Positions 8,744 through 18,445 of a stretch of DNA of 40,167 nucleotides are shown one piece after another. Location: assembly GCA_964610805.1 (NCBI GenBank), contig CAZSZG010000002.1:1-40167 (forward strand), written 5' to 3'. A model generated the notes under the pieces. That model was not told where the DNA came from, did no database searches, and saw nothing but the letters and a program-made list of their open reading frames with translations. Within the stretch, counting starts at the first letter, position 1, and every line of letters starts with the position of its first letter. Origin of the DNA: an uncultured Oscillospiraceae bacterium (GTDB lineage: Bacteria > Bacillota > Clostridia > Oscillospirales > Ruminococcaceae). The position numbers and the translations under genes were made by a program.

Positions 8744-9589
8744 ATGAGTGAATTAATTCAGCAAATACAGAATGTTTTTACACTAGACTTAATTATTTTT
8801 CAATTAATTGGAGGAATTTTGGTTTCATTATGTGCCTCTCTATTGGGTGTAAGTCTTGTGTTAAAACGGTGTTCAATGATAGGTGATGGATTATCTCATG
8901 TAGGTTTTGGTGCATTGTCAATCGCCGTTGTTATGGGCCTATCCCCACTAAAAGTAGCAATTCCTGTTGTTATAGTAGCAGCAATAATACTTTTAAGATT
9001 AAGTGAAAGTAGCAGAATTAACGGAGATTCTGCAATTGCACTGTTTACAACAAGTTCGCTTGCAATTGCAGTGTTTGTTACATCAAGAGCAAAGAAGATA
9101 AATGATGTCAGTAATTATATGTTTGGTAGTATTCTTGCTATGAACGAGAGTGATGTAAAGAGAATAGTAATTTTATCAATAGTGGTTATACTAACATACA
9201 TAATATTCTATAATAAAATTTTTGCAGTGACGTTTGATGGAGTTTTCTCAAGTGCAACAGGAATTAAAGTTAATTTATATAATATGATAATTGCAGTTTT
9301 GATAGCATTAACGGTTGTTTTTGGAATGCTTATGATGGGTTCGTTGCTGATTTCAAGTCTAATTATTTTCCCATCTTTGACTGCGATGAGGGTATGCAAA
9401 AGTTTTAAGGGAGTAATAATCACATCTTCTATAATATCAGTGCTTTGTTTTATCACTGGATTTTTTGTTGCGATTATATGGAACGCATCACCTGGTGCAA
9501 GTGTAGTAATAGTGAATTTAATTGTGTTTACATTATTCTCAATATATGCAAAAATAAAATCAAAACAAAAAGTGGTCGCAAAAAATTAA
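8744..9589 (+). CDS. znuB: Zinc ABC transporter permease
   Basis: 281 aa multi-TM protein of the ABC-3 type, in an operon with the binding protein and ATPase. Confidence 0.85.
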   Translation: MSELIQQIQNVFTLDLIIFQLIGGILVSLCASLLGVSLVLKRCSMIGDGLSHVGFGALSIAVVMGLSPLKVAIPVVIVAAIILLRLSESSRINGDSAIALFTTSSLAIAVFVTSRAKKINDVSNYMFGSILAMNESDVKRIVILSIVVILTYIIFYNKIFAVTFDGVFSSATGIKVNLYNMIIAVLIALTVVFGMLMMGSLLISSLIIFPSLTAMRVCKSFKGVIITSSIISVLCFITGFFVAIIWNASPGASVVIVNLIVFTLFSIYAKIKSKQKVVAKN

Positions 9590-9595
9590 AAAAAA

Positions 9596-9626
9596 AGGCG
9601 AACCAATAGGAGTTCGCCTTTGTTTT
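9596..9626. terminator. Bidirectional rho-independent terminator
   Basis: AGGCGAAC (9596-9603) pairs with GTTCGCCT (9612-9619). An A-run lies upstream and TTGTTTT downstream. It sits between convergent genes. Confidence 0.7.
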
Positions 9627-9632
9627 AACTAG

Positions 9633-9818
9633 TTACTTTTCATTATCATCTACCCAAGTTTTAGCATATTCTGCATTTTCGGAATGTTTCAACGAAACAA
9701 AGCCATTGCAATCTGTATAATTATCAGTTATTACATAAGTTGAATATCTAGAGCCAGATAACTTAGGCTGATAGATTTTAACTTTTTTATCTTTATTAAT
9801 ATTAACACGTCTTGACAT
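9633..9818 (-). CDS. Hypothetical small protein (61 aa)
   Basis: The track ORF is 9633-9860. I prefer the internal ATG at 9818 (MSRRVNINKDKKVKIYQP...) because AGAGGAG lies 8 nt upstream. A terminator sits directly after the stop. Confidence 0.5.
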   Translation of the reverse strand: MSRRVNINKDKKVKIYQPKLSGSRYSTYVITDNYTDCNGFVSLKHSENAEYAKTWVDDNEK

Positions 9819-10047
9819 ATTATCGACTCCTCTAAATTTTACTACAAAAATGCCAATCATAATTATTAATTCGGCATATAATTATTATCTGATGAAAACA
9901 TTTTTTTATTTTACTAATGCAATAAATAATCCTTGTCAATTTTTAAGTTATACTGTATATTATATATAGAAGTAGAAAGTGAAGAATGATATAGAAGAAA
10001 TAATAATAGAAATATACAAAAATAATTTTTAAAAAATATATAGCCTG

Positions 10048-10076
10048 TCATATTTGTACCATATTTTTCATAAGCT
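10048..10076 (+). promoter_or_regulatory. Possible sigma-E-type sporulation promoter for cwlD
   Basis: TCATATT (10048-10054), 14 nt, CATAAGCT (10069-10076). This resembles the ATATT-14-CATACA-T pattern I recall for B. subtilis sigma-E. Confidence 0.3.
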
Positions 10077-10103
10077 TTATTAAATCAAATAAGGGGTGGG
10101 CTT

Positions 10104-10829
10104 ATGAAAAAGTTTAGATTTAAGCATTGGAAAAGGGTAGTAGCTTCACTGACAGTATTTTCGCTGGCTTGTGTTGCAATTTATTTTGCTATGGACAAAA
10201 TACAAACAGTTGTCCCAGCGTCAACGATGCCAAATAATGATTTGGTAATAATTTTGGATGCTGGTCATGGTGGAATGGACGGGGGATGCTCATCAGCTGA
10301 TGGTGTTCCTGAAAAGGGTATAAATCTTAATATTCTTTTGAATTTAAGGGATATGTTAACCACAGCTGGCTATAAGGTTGAGGTTACAAGGGATACGGAT
10401 AGGTCGATTCATGACAAGGGTGTTGAGGGGATTGCTAATCAAAAAAGTTCTGATATGGATAATAGATTAGCTTTATTCAATAAATATCCAAATGCGATAT
10501 GTATCTCGATACATCAAAATCAATTTACCGACCCAAAATACAGTGGGGCACAGATGTTTTATTCTGACAATAACGACAGTCAGTACCTAGCACAGGCTAT
10601 TCAGGATAAGTTTGTGGAATTTATTCAGCCTGAAAACAAAAGGGAAATAAAGCCATGTGGTGAAGAGTTGTTTTTGTGCCACTTTTCTAAAAATCCAACA
10701 GTTATGATTGAGTGTGGCTTTTTGTCCAATGTTGAAGAGGCTAATAAGCTAAAAACAGAGGAGTATCAAAAAGAAATAGCATTTACAATATTTGCATCGT
10801 TAAATGAATATTTGTCAAAACAAAAATAG
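10104..10829 (+). CDS. cwlD: N-acetylmuramoyl-L-alanine amidase, CwlD-like (spore cortex muramic-lactam formation)
   Basis: 241 aa. N-terminal TM anchor and Amidase_3 motifs LDAGHGGMDGG, ISIHQN, ECGFLSN. The size and architecture match CwlD. Confidence 0.75.
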   Translation: MKKFRFKHWKRVVASLTVFSLACVAIYFAMDKIQTVVPASTMPNNDLVIILDAGHGGMDGGCSSADGVPEKGINLNILLNLRDMLTTAGYKVEVTRDTDRSIHDKGVEGIANQKSSDMDNRLALFNKYPNAICISIHQNQFTDPKYSGAQMFYSDNNDSQYLAQAIQDKFVEFIQPENKREIKPCGEELFLCHFSKNPTVMIECGFLSNVEEANKLKTEEYQKEIAFTIFASLNEYLSKQK

Positions 10830-10858
10830 GTCTGTTTTAAATGTAAGGAGAAGTTAAA

Positions 10859-12259
10859 ATGGCTGGGAAAATAAAAACAGTTTATGTCTGCAATCAATGT
10901 GGATTTGAAAGCCCAAAGTGGAACGGTAAATGTCAGAACTGTGATGAATGGAACACTTTTGAGGAGCAAGAAGTTCGTGCGACAGCATCAAAATCTAACG
11001 TAGCGAAAAGACGTTCAGCAGATATTTCATCAAGAATAATGGGGTTATCAGATATAGTTTTTGATGATGAGGTAAGGTATGATACAGGGATTGGCGAGTT
11101 AGACAGGGTTTTGGGTGGTGGCTTAGTAAAAGGTTCGATTGTACTTTTGGGTGGTGAACCTGGCATAGGAAAGAGTACGTTGCTTTTGCAGATATGTCAA
11201 TTCATGGGTGAAAGCTATAAGATTTTATATGTTTCAGGAGAGGAATCAGCACGTCAGATTAAGCTCAGAGCAGAACGATTGGGTGTTGATACAAAAAATC
11301 TCTACATATTGACAATAACTGATGCAGAGGCTATTTGTGATACTATATCATCTGAGGTGCCAAATATTGTAATTATAGATTCAATCCAAACCATGAATAT
11401 TCAGCAGATTTCATCAAGTCCAGGTAGTATTACGCAAGTAAGAGAATGCACTAACTTGTTCATGCATACGGCAAAAACTGAAGAGATACCTATTTTTATA
11501 GTGGGCCATGTGAACAAGGATGGTGCAATAGCTGGACCTAAGGTTATGGAACATATTGTTGATGCTGTGCTTTATTTTGAGGGTGAAAGGCATTTAAGCT
11601 ATCGAATTTTGCGAGCTGTAAAAAATCGTTTTGGCTCTACAAATGAAATTGGCGTGTTCGAGATGATTGATAAGGGATTGAGTGAAGTAAAAAATCCATC
11701 TGCAATGTTTTTGGCTGGCAGACCACATAATGTATCAGGTTCTTGTGTTTCATGCGTTATAGAAGGCTCACGTCCGATTTTAGCAGAAGTTCAGGCACTT
11801 GTTACAAAGAGTGGTTTTACGGCAGCGAGAAGAACTGCTACGGGGTTTGATTATAATAGAATGGCAATAATTATGGCTGTTCTAGAAAAACGCATGGGCT
11901 TGTTTTTTGGAACGCTTGATGTATACTTAAACATTGTTGGTGGCTTTAAGCTTGATGAACCAGCAGGCGACCTGTCGGTTGCGTTAGCACTTTATTCAAG
12001 CCTTTTAGATAAGCCGATTAATGAAAAGATGCTTGCATTCGGGGAAATCGGTTTGGGTGGAGAAATACGCTCTGTATCCCATGTTGTACAGCGAATTAAG
12101 GAAGCAGAAAGAATGGGCTTTGAGATATGCCTTATTCCTAAGCAGTCATTTACAGGACTTAATGCTGATGATTTTAAAATTAGAGTAATTGGCGTGTCAA
12201 ATTTAAAACAGGCATTTTCAGCATTTGAAAAACTATCAGCTAATAATAACACTTTGTAA
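10859..12259 (+). CDS. radA: DNA repair protein RadA/Sms
   Basis: 466 aa. N-terminal zinc finger CNQCGFESPKWNGKCQNCDEWNT, Walker A GGEPGIGKST, the KNRFG motif, and a Lon-like C-terminal domain. Confidence 0.95.
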   Translation: MAGKIKTVYVCNQCGFESPKWNGKCQNCDEWNTFEEQEVRATASKSNVAKRRSADISSRIMGLSDIVFDDEVRYDTGIGELDRVLGGGLVKGSIVLLGGEPGIGKSTLLLQICQFMGESYKILYVSGEESARQIKLRAERLGVDTKNLYILTITDAEAICDTISSEVPNIVIIDSIQTMNIQQISSSPGSITQVRECTNLFMHTAKTEEIPIFIVGHVNKDGAIAGPKVMEHIVDAVLYFEGERHLSYRILRAVKNRFGSTNEIGVFEMIDKGLSEVKNPSAMFLAGRPHNVSGSCVSCVIEGSRPILAEVQALVTKSGFTAARRTATGFDYNRMAIIMAVLEKRMGLFFGTLDVYLNIVGGFKLDEPAGDLSVALALYSSLLDKPINEKMLAFGEIGLGGEIRSVSHVVQRIKEAERMGFEICLIPKQSFTGLNADDFKIRVIGVSNLKQAFSAFEKLSANNNTL

Positions 12260-12338
12260 GATATGAAAAGTCTAGTTTACTTTAGGGTTTGATAAGTTTG
12301 TTAAAATAATTATTTATAAGATAAATGTAAAAAAGTAA

Positions 12339-12366
12339 TTGACATTTTTATATAATTTGCTATAAT
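12339..12366 (+). promoter_or_regulatory. Sigma-A type promoter of the alaS leader
   Basis: TTGACA (12339-12344), 16 nt, TATAAT (12361-12366). Confidence 0.5.
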
Positions 12367-12371
12367 GTAAA

Positions 12372-12604
12372 TAGAGATGTTTGTGGCGTTGAAAGGAATG
12401 ACTGATTGATTATCATATAGAGAGGAAGCGACTGGTGTAAGCTTTTTGATAATAATTAGGTGCTACCCTTGAGCCATCATGTGAAAGCATGACGTTTGCC
12501 AGCGTTAAAGGCGTTTGAGAGGTGTCGTCTAGCTTGACGACGCAATTTGGGTGGTACCACGAAGAGCTTTCGTCCCAATTTTAGGGCGGAAGCATTTTTA
12601 TTTG
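12372..12604 (+). promoter_or_regulatory. T-box riboswitch leader (tRNA-Ala sensing) with terminator/antiterminator
   Basis: Conserved T-box AATTTGGGTGGTACCACG (12544-12561). Antiterminator TTGGG...CCCAA. Terminator GCTTTCGTCCC / GGGCGGAAGC (12566-12593) followed by ATTTTTATTT. Stem I AGAGA element at about 12419-12423. Candidate specifier GCU followed by A (12462-12465). Confidence 0.85.
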
Positions 12605-12644
12605 TAAATTACAATATAATCCAAAAATAAAGGAGTTTGACAAT

Positions 12645-15296
12645 ATGAAATGGCGTGGAGTTAATGAGTTGAGGGAAATGTTTTTGAAGTTTTTTGAGGA
12701 TAAAAACCATACAAGAATGGCGAGTGCATCACTTGTACCACATGGCGATAATAGCTTGCTATTGATAAATTCAGGTATGGCACCTCTTAAAAAATATTTT
12801 TTAGGACAGGCAGTTCCACCAAGTAAAAGAGTTACAACTTGTCAAAAATGTATAAGAACACCTGATATTGAACGTGTTGGAAAGACATCAAGACATGGCA
12901 CATATTTTGAAATGCTGGGCAATTTCTCTTTTGGAGATTATTTTAAGATAGAGGCAATAGAGTGGGCATGGGAATTTTTTACTGAAGTTTTGGAAATGCC
13001 AAAGGACAAGCTATATATTTCTGTTTATGAGGGAGATGATGAAGCATATGATATGTGGACAAAACAAATGGGCGTTTCTCCAGATAATATGGTTCGTTTG
13101 GGTAAAGAGGACAACTTCTGGGAGCATGGCTCTGGTCCATGTGGTCCTTGCTCTGAACTGCATTTTGATAGGGGTGAAAGTCTTGGATGTGGCTCACCTG
13201 ATTGTCAGGTAGGTTGCGATTGTGACAGATTTGTTGAGGTTTGGAATTTAGTATTTACTCAGTTTGATAGCGATGGGAACGGAACTTACACACCTATGCC
13301 TAATCCAAATATTGATACAGGTATGGGTCTTGAGCGTTTGGCTTGCGTGATGCAAGGTGTTGACAATCTTTTTGAGGTGGATTCTGTTCAGAATATTATG
13401 AACCATATTTCTAGGATTGCTGAAGTAACATATAAAACTGACGATAAAACAGATGTATCTTTGCGTGTAATAACTGACCATATTAGAAGTACAACATTTA
13501 TGGTTGGTGATGGTGTTGTTCCATCAAATGAGGGTAGAGGGTATGTGCTAAGGCGTTTGCTAAGGCGTGCTGCACGTCATGGAAAGATGCTTGGTGTTAT
13601 AAAGCCTTTCCTCTATGAAGTTTGTGATACGGTTATTAATGAGAATAAAACAGCGTATCCTGAGTTGGAAGAAAAAAGGGAATATATTAAGAAGATAATA
13701 AAAATAGAAGAAGAAAATTTTGCAAGAACTATTGACAAGGGTGCAGAACTTCTTAATAAGATTATGGACAAAATAATTAGTGATGGACTTGAAAAGGTTC
13801 TGTCAGGCGAGGACACATTTAAGCTAAGTGACACTTATGGATTCCCGATAGATTTGACGATGGAAATTGCTTTGGAGAGAGGAATAACTCTTGATGAGGA
13901 GAGATTTAAGGAGCTTGTTCTTGAGCAAAAGCAAAAGGCAAGAGCAGATAGAGCGTCTAAGGTTGGCTCATCATGGGAGGCGAATAAGGCTGTTGATATT
14001 AATGCAGAAGAAACTGTATTCACTGGATATACAAGCATGGAAGAAAAGTCTAAGGTTGTTGCTATTTTATCCGATGGAAAGCTTGTTGATAAGCTTAATG
14101 AGGGTGAAGAGGGCGTAATTGTGCTTGATAAAACTCCTTTCTATGCAGAAGGTGGTGGACAGATAGGCGATACTGGTGAAATTGAGGGCGATGGTTTGTT
14201 CTCAGTTGGTGATACAAAGAAAGCAGAAAGTGGACATATACTTCATGCGGGTGTGCTTGAAACGGGTAGTATTTCTGTTGGAGGGGTTGTTTATGCAAGG
14301 GTTGATAAGAAGAAAAGAATGTCAACAATGAGAAATCACACCGTTGCACATTTACTTCAATCAGCATTGAGAACGGTGTTGGGCGAGCATGTTCGACAGG
14401 CTGGACAGCTTGTGTATCCTGAAAGATGTCGTTTTGACTTTTCACATTTTAGTGCTATGACTGAAGCTGAAATACAAAAGGTAGAGGATATAATTAACGA
14501 AAAGATTTTAGAGGCAGTTACAGTCAATATACAGGAAATGGGGATTGATGAGGCGAAAAAGCTTGGTGCTATGGCTTTGTTTGGTGAAAAATATGGTAAT
14601 GTTGTAAGAGTTGTCAGCGTTGATGATTTCTCAATGGAACTTTGTGGTGGAACTCATGTTGATAATACAGCAAAGATTGGCTTATTTAAGATAGTGTCCG
14701 AAAGCTCCGTTGCTGCTGGTGTAAGACGTATTGAGGCTGTTACCGGTGATGGTGTTATGAATATGCTATATGAATTTAAAGATACGATTGCAAAGTCTGC
14801 TAGCACATTAAAGCTTGCGAATGTGAATGAATTGCCTGAGCGTTGTGCAATATTAATGGCTGATGTAAAGGAAAAAGATAGACAGATTGAAAAGCTAAAT
14901 CAAAAGATGGCTGGTAATCAGCTTGAGGGAATATTTGAAAATGCAAGAGATGTCTATGGAACAAAAATAGTTTCTGCATTGTTTAATGGTACAAATGCAG
15001 ATATGCTAAGACAGATCGGCGATAAGGTTAAGGAAAAGGAAAGCGATATTGTAGCTGTTTTTGCTGGTATTTCTGAGGGCAAGGGAAATTTCTATTGCGT
15101 ATGTAGCAACTCTGCAATAGATAAGGGGGCTCATGCTGGAAAGATAGTTCAAAGGGTTTCAGCAATTACAGGTGGAAAAGGTGGAGGCCGTGCTGATAGT
15201 GCTATGGCTGGCGTTGGTAAGGACTATATGATAGATGAGGCTTTGGCAGCACTTGAGGGCATTGTTAAAGATATTTTAAATATAGGAGTGAAATAA
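12645..15296 (+). CDS. alaS: Alanine--tRNA ligase
   Basis: 883 aa. Class II core motifs (FEMLGNFSFGDYFK), editing domain (HTVAHLL, CGGTH), and a C-terminal DHHA1-like domain GGKGGGR. Confidence 0.97.
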   Translation: MKWRGVNELREMFLKFFEDKNHTRMASASLVPHGDNSLLLINSGMAPLKKYFLGQAVPPSKRVTTCQKCIRTPDIERVGKTSRHGTYFEMLGNFSFGDYFKIEAIEWAWEFFTEVLEMPKDKLYISVYEGDDEAYDMWTKQMGVSPDNMVRLGKEDNFWEHGSGPCGPCSELHFDRGESLGCGSPDCQVGCDCDRFVEVWNLVFTQFDSDGNGTYTPMPNPNIDTGMGLERLACVMQGVDNLFEVDSVQNIMNHISRIAEVTYKTDDKTDVSLRVITDHIRSTTFMVGDGVVPSNEGRGYVLRRLLRRAARHGKMLGVIKPFLYEVCDTVINENKTAYPELEEKREYIKKIIKIEEENFARTIDKGAELLNKIMDKIISDGLEKVLSGEDTFKLSDTYGFPIDLTMEIALERGITLDEERFKELVLEQKQKARADRASKVGSSWEANKAVDINAEETVFTGYTSMEEKSKVVAILSDGKLVDKLNEGEEGVIVLDKTPFYAEGGGQIGDTGEIEGDGLFSVGDTKKAESGHILHAGVLETGSISVGGVVYARVDKKKRMSTMRNHTVAHLLQSALRTVLGEHVRQAGQLVYPERCRFDFSHFSAMTEAEIQKVEDIINEKILEAVTVNIQEMGIDEAKKLGAMALFGEKYGNVVRVVSVDDFSMELCGGTHVDNTAKIGLFKIVSESSVAAGVRRIEAVTGDGVMNMLYEFKDTIAKSASTLKLANVNELPERCAILMADVKEKDRQIEKLNQKMAGNQLEGIFENARDVYGTKIVSALFNGTNADMLRQIGDKVKEKESDIVAVFAGISEGKGNFYCVCSNSAIDKGAHAGKIVQRVSAITGGKGGGRADSAMAGVGKDYMIDEALAALEGIVKDILNIGVK

Positions 15297-15297
15297 A

Positions 15298-15636
15298 ATG
15301 GATTGCTTGTTTTGTAAGATAATATCAGGAGATATTCCTAGTAAGAAGATTTATGAGGACGATTTGGTATATGTTTTTGAGGATATTGCACCCACTGCAC
15401 CAATTCATTATTTAATAATTCCTAAGGAACATATTGCTAGTGCCGCAGAGATTAATGAAAACAACTCAAAGGTTGTTGCATATATTTTTGAGGTTATAGC
15501 AAGGCTTGCAGAGGAAAAGGGCATGAAAGATGGCTTTAGAGTAGTGAATAACTGTGGAGAAAGTGCTGGACAGACGGTTAAACATTTGCATTTCCATTTG
15601 CTTTCTGGCAGGGATTTGAGTTGGCCTGCAGGTTAA
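15298..15636 (+). CDS. HIT (histidine triad) family nucleotide hydrolase
   Basis: 112 aa. Histidine triad HLHFHLL. The start lies 1 nt after the alaS stop. Confidence 0.85.
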   Translation: MDCLFCKIISGDIPSKKIYEDDLVYVFEDIAPTAPIHYLIIPKEHIASAAEINENNSKVVAYIFEVIARLAEEKGMKDGFRVVNNCGESAGQTVKHLHFHLLSGRDLSWPAG

Positions 15637-15762
15637 ACCACAAGTATAATATTTACTTTTCTGAAATAAGTTGCTCAATACTTGATAAAGTTTTAGGAAA
15701 AAATGATAGTTGCGTTTGATTATTGAGCCAAACGCAACAAATAAAATATTTGGAGGCAGATA

Positions 15763-16302
15763 ATGGCTGATACATATACATTAAAAGTGGCAGGAATTAC
15801 AAGGGAACTTCAAATTTGCCCTGTTAATGAAAAGCTTGATATTGCTGCGTTTATTATGTTTTCAGATGTTGAGCTAACTGTTGCAACAGCAACTGAATTG
15901 ATAAGTAAATGCCCTGAATGTGACATAATTATAACAGCTGAAAGCAAGGGGATACCTCTTGCGTATGAAATGTCAAGGCAGACTGGGAAAAAATATATTG
16001 TTGCAAGAAAGTCAATTAAGCTTTATATGAGAAACCCTATTGGCGTTGCAGTACAGTCGATAACCACAACTGCGGGGCAAATGCTTTACCTTGACAGCAA
16101 TGATATGTTGGAGCTAAAGGGCAAGAGAGTGCTTATTGTTGACGATGTAATAAGTACAGGAGAGTCTATAAATTCAGTTGTAAACCTTGTTGAAAAAGCT
16201 GGTGGAATAGTTGTTGGCAAGGCAGCAGTTTTAGCTGAGGGTGATGCAGCAGACAGAAATGACATAATTTTCCTCGAAAAGCTTCCATTGTTTTTTAAGT
16301 AA
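15763..16302 (+). CDS. Phosphoribosyltransferase family protein (type I PRTase; adenine/xanthine-PRT-like, specificity unknown)
   Basis: 179 aa. PRPP-binding loop VLIVDDVISTGES. Confidence 0.7.
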   Translation: MADTYTLKVAGITRELQICPVNEKLDIAAFIMFSDVELTVATATELISKCPECDIIITAESKGIPLAYEMSRQTGKKYIVARKSIKLYMRNPIGVAVQSITTTAGQMLYLDSNDMLELKGKRVLIVDDVISTGESINSVVNLVEKAGGIVVGKAAVLAEGDAADRNDIIFLEKLPLFFK

Positions 16303-16330
16303 AAATATTACGACATAAAGGGTGATAGAC

Positions 16331-18445
16331 ATGAAGCGAAAGATAGTTTATGTGGGTATTCCATATTTTACAGGGCTATTTTTGGCTTCATTTTTGAATA
16401 AGAGCTATGATTTTTCTGTTATGATTATTGTATTATTGGGAATACTTGTGCTGAAGTATGTGTCAAAGCTTACAAATAAGGAAGTTATAGTATGCACTAT
16501 TTCTTTCATTATGGCTTTTTCTTGGTTCAGGGTATATCAAGGGTTTTCGTATGAAAAAGTAGTTTCTTACGATGGTGAAATGGTAACCTTTTCTGGAGAA
16601 ATCAGCAGTATTACTGAATACGGTGATGATAAATCTAGCTATTTGCTAAAGGGAAAAATTAACTCAAATCACAATGCAAAAATTCTATATTATGGCGATT
16701 CTGCTATGATTGATAGGGGCGATGGGATTACAATTGTTGGAACTGTTAAAACTTTTGAAAATAAATATACTTTTAATGCAAAGGATTATTATGACGCTAA
16801 GGGGATATTTCTGCAATTTGACAAGGTTGAAACAGTTGAATTAACACATAATGCCGATTTTTCAATCACAAATGCTGTGCTTAAATATCGTGAGAATATT
16901 CTACATAAGATTAAGCAAATTCTTCCTAATGAGGAGGGAGATATTCTAATTGGCATACTTTTTGGCGACAAATCTGGCTTATCAGATAGCACGCAAACCA
17001 CGCTATTTAGAACTGGAATAGGTCATGTTATGTCGGTTTCAGGTCTTCACGTTGTCATATTATCCACCTTTTTATATCTGATACTAAATCGGACAGGCTT
17101 GAGGAATTGGCAAAAGTTTTTGATAATTGAGATAGCAATGGTGCTTTTTGCAATCTGTTCTGGATTGTCCATGTCGGTAATTCGTGCTTTTATTATGATA
17201 ACTTTGACTGGAGGTTCGGTGCTATTTTTTCGCAAAGCAGATGTGCTTAATTCACTCTGCATAGCTGTGATTATTATAACCTTACCGAGTCCGTTTATCA
17301 TTAGAGATGCCTCATTTTTGCTATCGGTGGCAGGGGCGTTCGGAATTGGCGTGTTTGCACAATATATGACGAAGAGTATGCCTATTAATAACCGAAAGCA
17401 AAGGCTTGTGAAGAATATTATAGCATTTTCACTTGTAACGCTGTTTGTGTTCCCCGTTTCTATGTTGTTTTTTAATGAAACGTCAATAGTATCACCAATT
17501 ACAAATTTAATTCTGATTCCGTTTTGCAATGTCGCATTAATTTGTGGATTATTGGTAACAATGACTAGTGGTATAGGCATTTTTGCGTATCCACTATTGA
17601 CGGTCGCAGGAATATGTTGTAAAATAGTTCTTGGGGTGTCACATTTTTTAGGTAAGATTGAGTACACACATATCTCGCTAGGGCATAGGTTTTTATCGGT
17701 AAGCATTATTATGTTAACAATATTTGTAGCTGTTACATTCATTTTATTTAAAAATCCTAAGCTTATTGCTGTTTCAATCTGTATTTCCATGCTTATATTA
17801 ATATCCGAAAGCACGATATATAGGATAAGTCAAAATGATATACTTAAAATTGCTGTTTTGGGCAGTGGTACAAATGTAGCAATAGTTGTAAGTTATAATG
17901 GCTCTGTGGATATAATTGACATGAGTGGTGGAAATAAATCTGTTGATTATGTGAGCAAATACATAAAAAGTAATGGCTTTAATGAAATTAATACATTGTG
18001 TATAGTGAATCAACCATACCAAAGCATGACTGCATATGATGAGATGCTGAAGTTAGAAAAGGTGAATGACGTAATACTTCCGTTGGGAACATATCTTTTA
18101 GAGGGTGTAGAGGTATGCGATAATGAGGTGAAAACGTCAGATTTTGACGGAATGAATGTTTCTTATAATGATTATGAAATTGATTTTTATAATACTAATT
18201 GTATAGAAATTACATATAATGATTTTACATTGAAATGTTTCAAGGGAGAAGAAAATACTGACGCAACAGTTTGTGTGAATTATGGGAAGTATGTTGAGCA
18301 GAATTTTAATTGTGCATATCTAGTGATAATGGACGAAGTTGGGGAAAATATATCGGAAAACACAACTTTCATTAGTGAGAATAATCTTTTATTTGAAGTT
18401 GATTATGATGGAAATATAAATGTGAGGAGGTTGGAAAATGGCTAG
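16331..18445 (+). CDS. comEC: DNA internalization-related competence protein ComEC/Rec2
   Basis: The track ORF starts at GTG 16322. ATG 16331 (MKRKIVY...) sits a better distance from AAAGGGTG. N-terminal OB-like region, a multi-TM competence domain (GIGHVMSVSGLHV), and a C-terminal beta-lactamase-like region. Classical comEC-holA synteny. Confidence 0.85.
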   Translation: MKRKIVYVGIPYFTGLFLASFLNKSYDFSVMIIVLLGILVLKYVSKLTNKEVIVCTISFIMAFSWFRVYQGFSYEKVVSYDGEMVTFSGEISSITEYGDDKSSYLLKGKINSNHNAKILYYGDSAMIDRGDGITIVGTVKTFENKYTFNAKDYYDAKGIFLQFDKVETVELTHNADFSITNAVLKYRENILHKIKQILPNEEGDILIGILFGDKSGLSDSTQTTLFRTGIGHVMSVSGLHVVILSTFLYLILNRTGLRNWQKFLIIEIAMVLFAICSGLSMSVIRAFIMITLTGGSVLFFRKADVLNSLCIAVIIITLPSPFIIRDASFLLSVAGAFGIGVFAQYMTKSMPINNRKQRLVKNIIAFSLVTLFVFPVSMLFFNETSIVSPITNLILIPFCNVALICGLLVTMTSGIGIFAYPLLTVAGICCKIVLGVSHFLGKIEYTHISLGHRFLSVSIIMLTIFVAVTFILFKNPKLIAVSICISMLILISESTIYRISQNDILKIAVLGSGTNVAIVVSYNGSVDIIDMSGGNKSVDYVSKYIKSNGFNEINTLCIVNQPYQSMTAYDEMLKLEKVNDVILPLGTYLLEGVEVCDNEVKTSDFDGMNVSYNDYEIDFYNTNCIEITYNDFTLKCFKGEENTDATVCVNYGKYVEQNFNCAYLVIMDEVGENISENTTFISENNLLFEVDYDGNINVRRLENG

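Noticed and set aside
17047-17814. 255-aa ORF on the minus strand, the largest unexplained ORF in the track
   Set aside because: It lies entirely antisense to the membrane domain of comEC. It has no RBS or promoter and is a low-complexity, Ile/Asn/Thr-rich translation typical of the mirror frame of an AT-rich hydrophobic gene. I judge it spurious.
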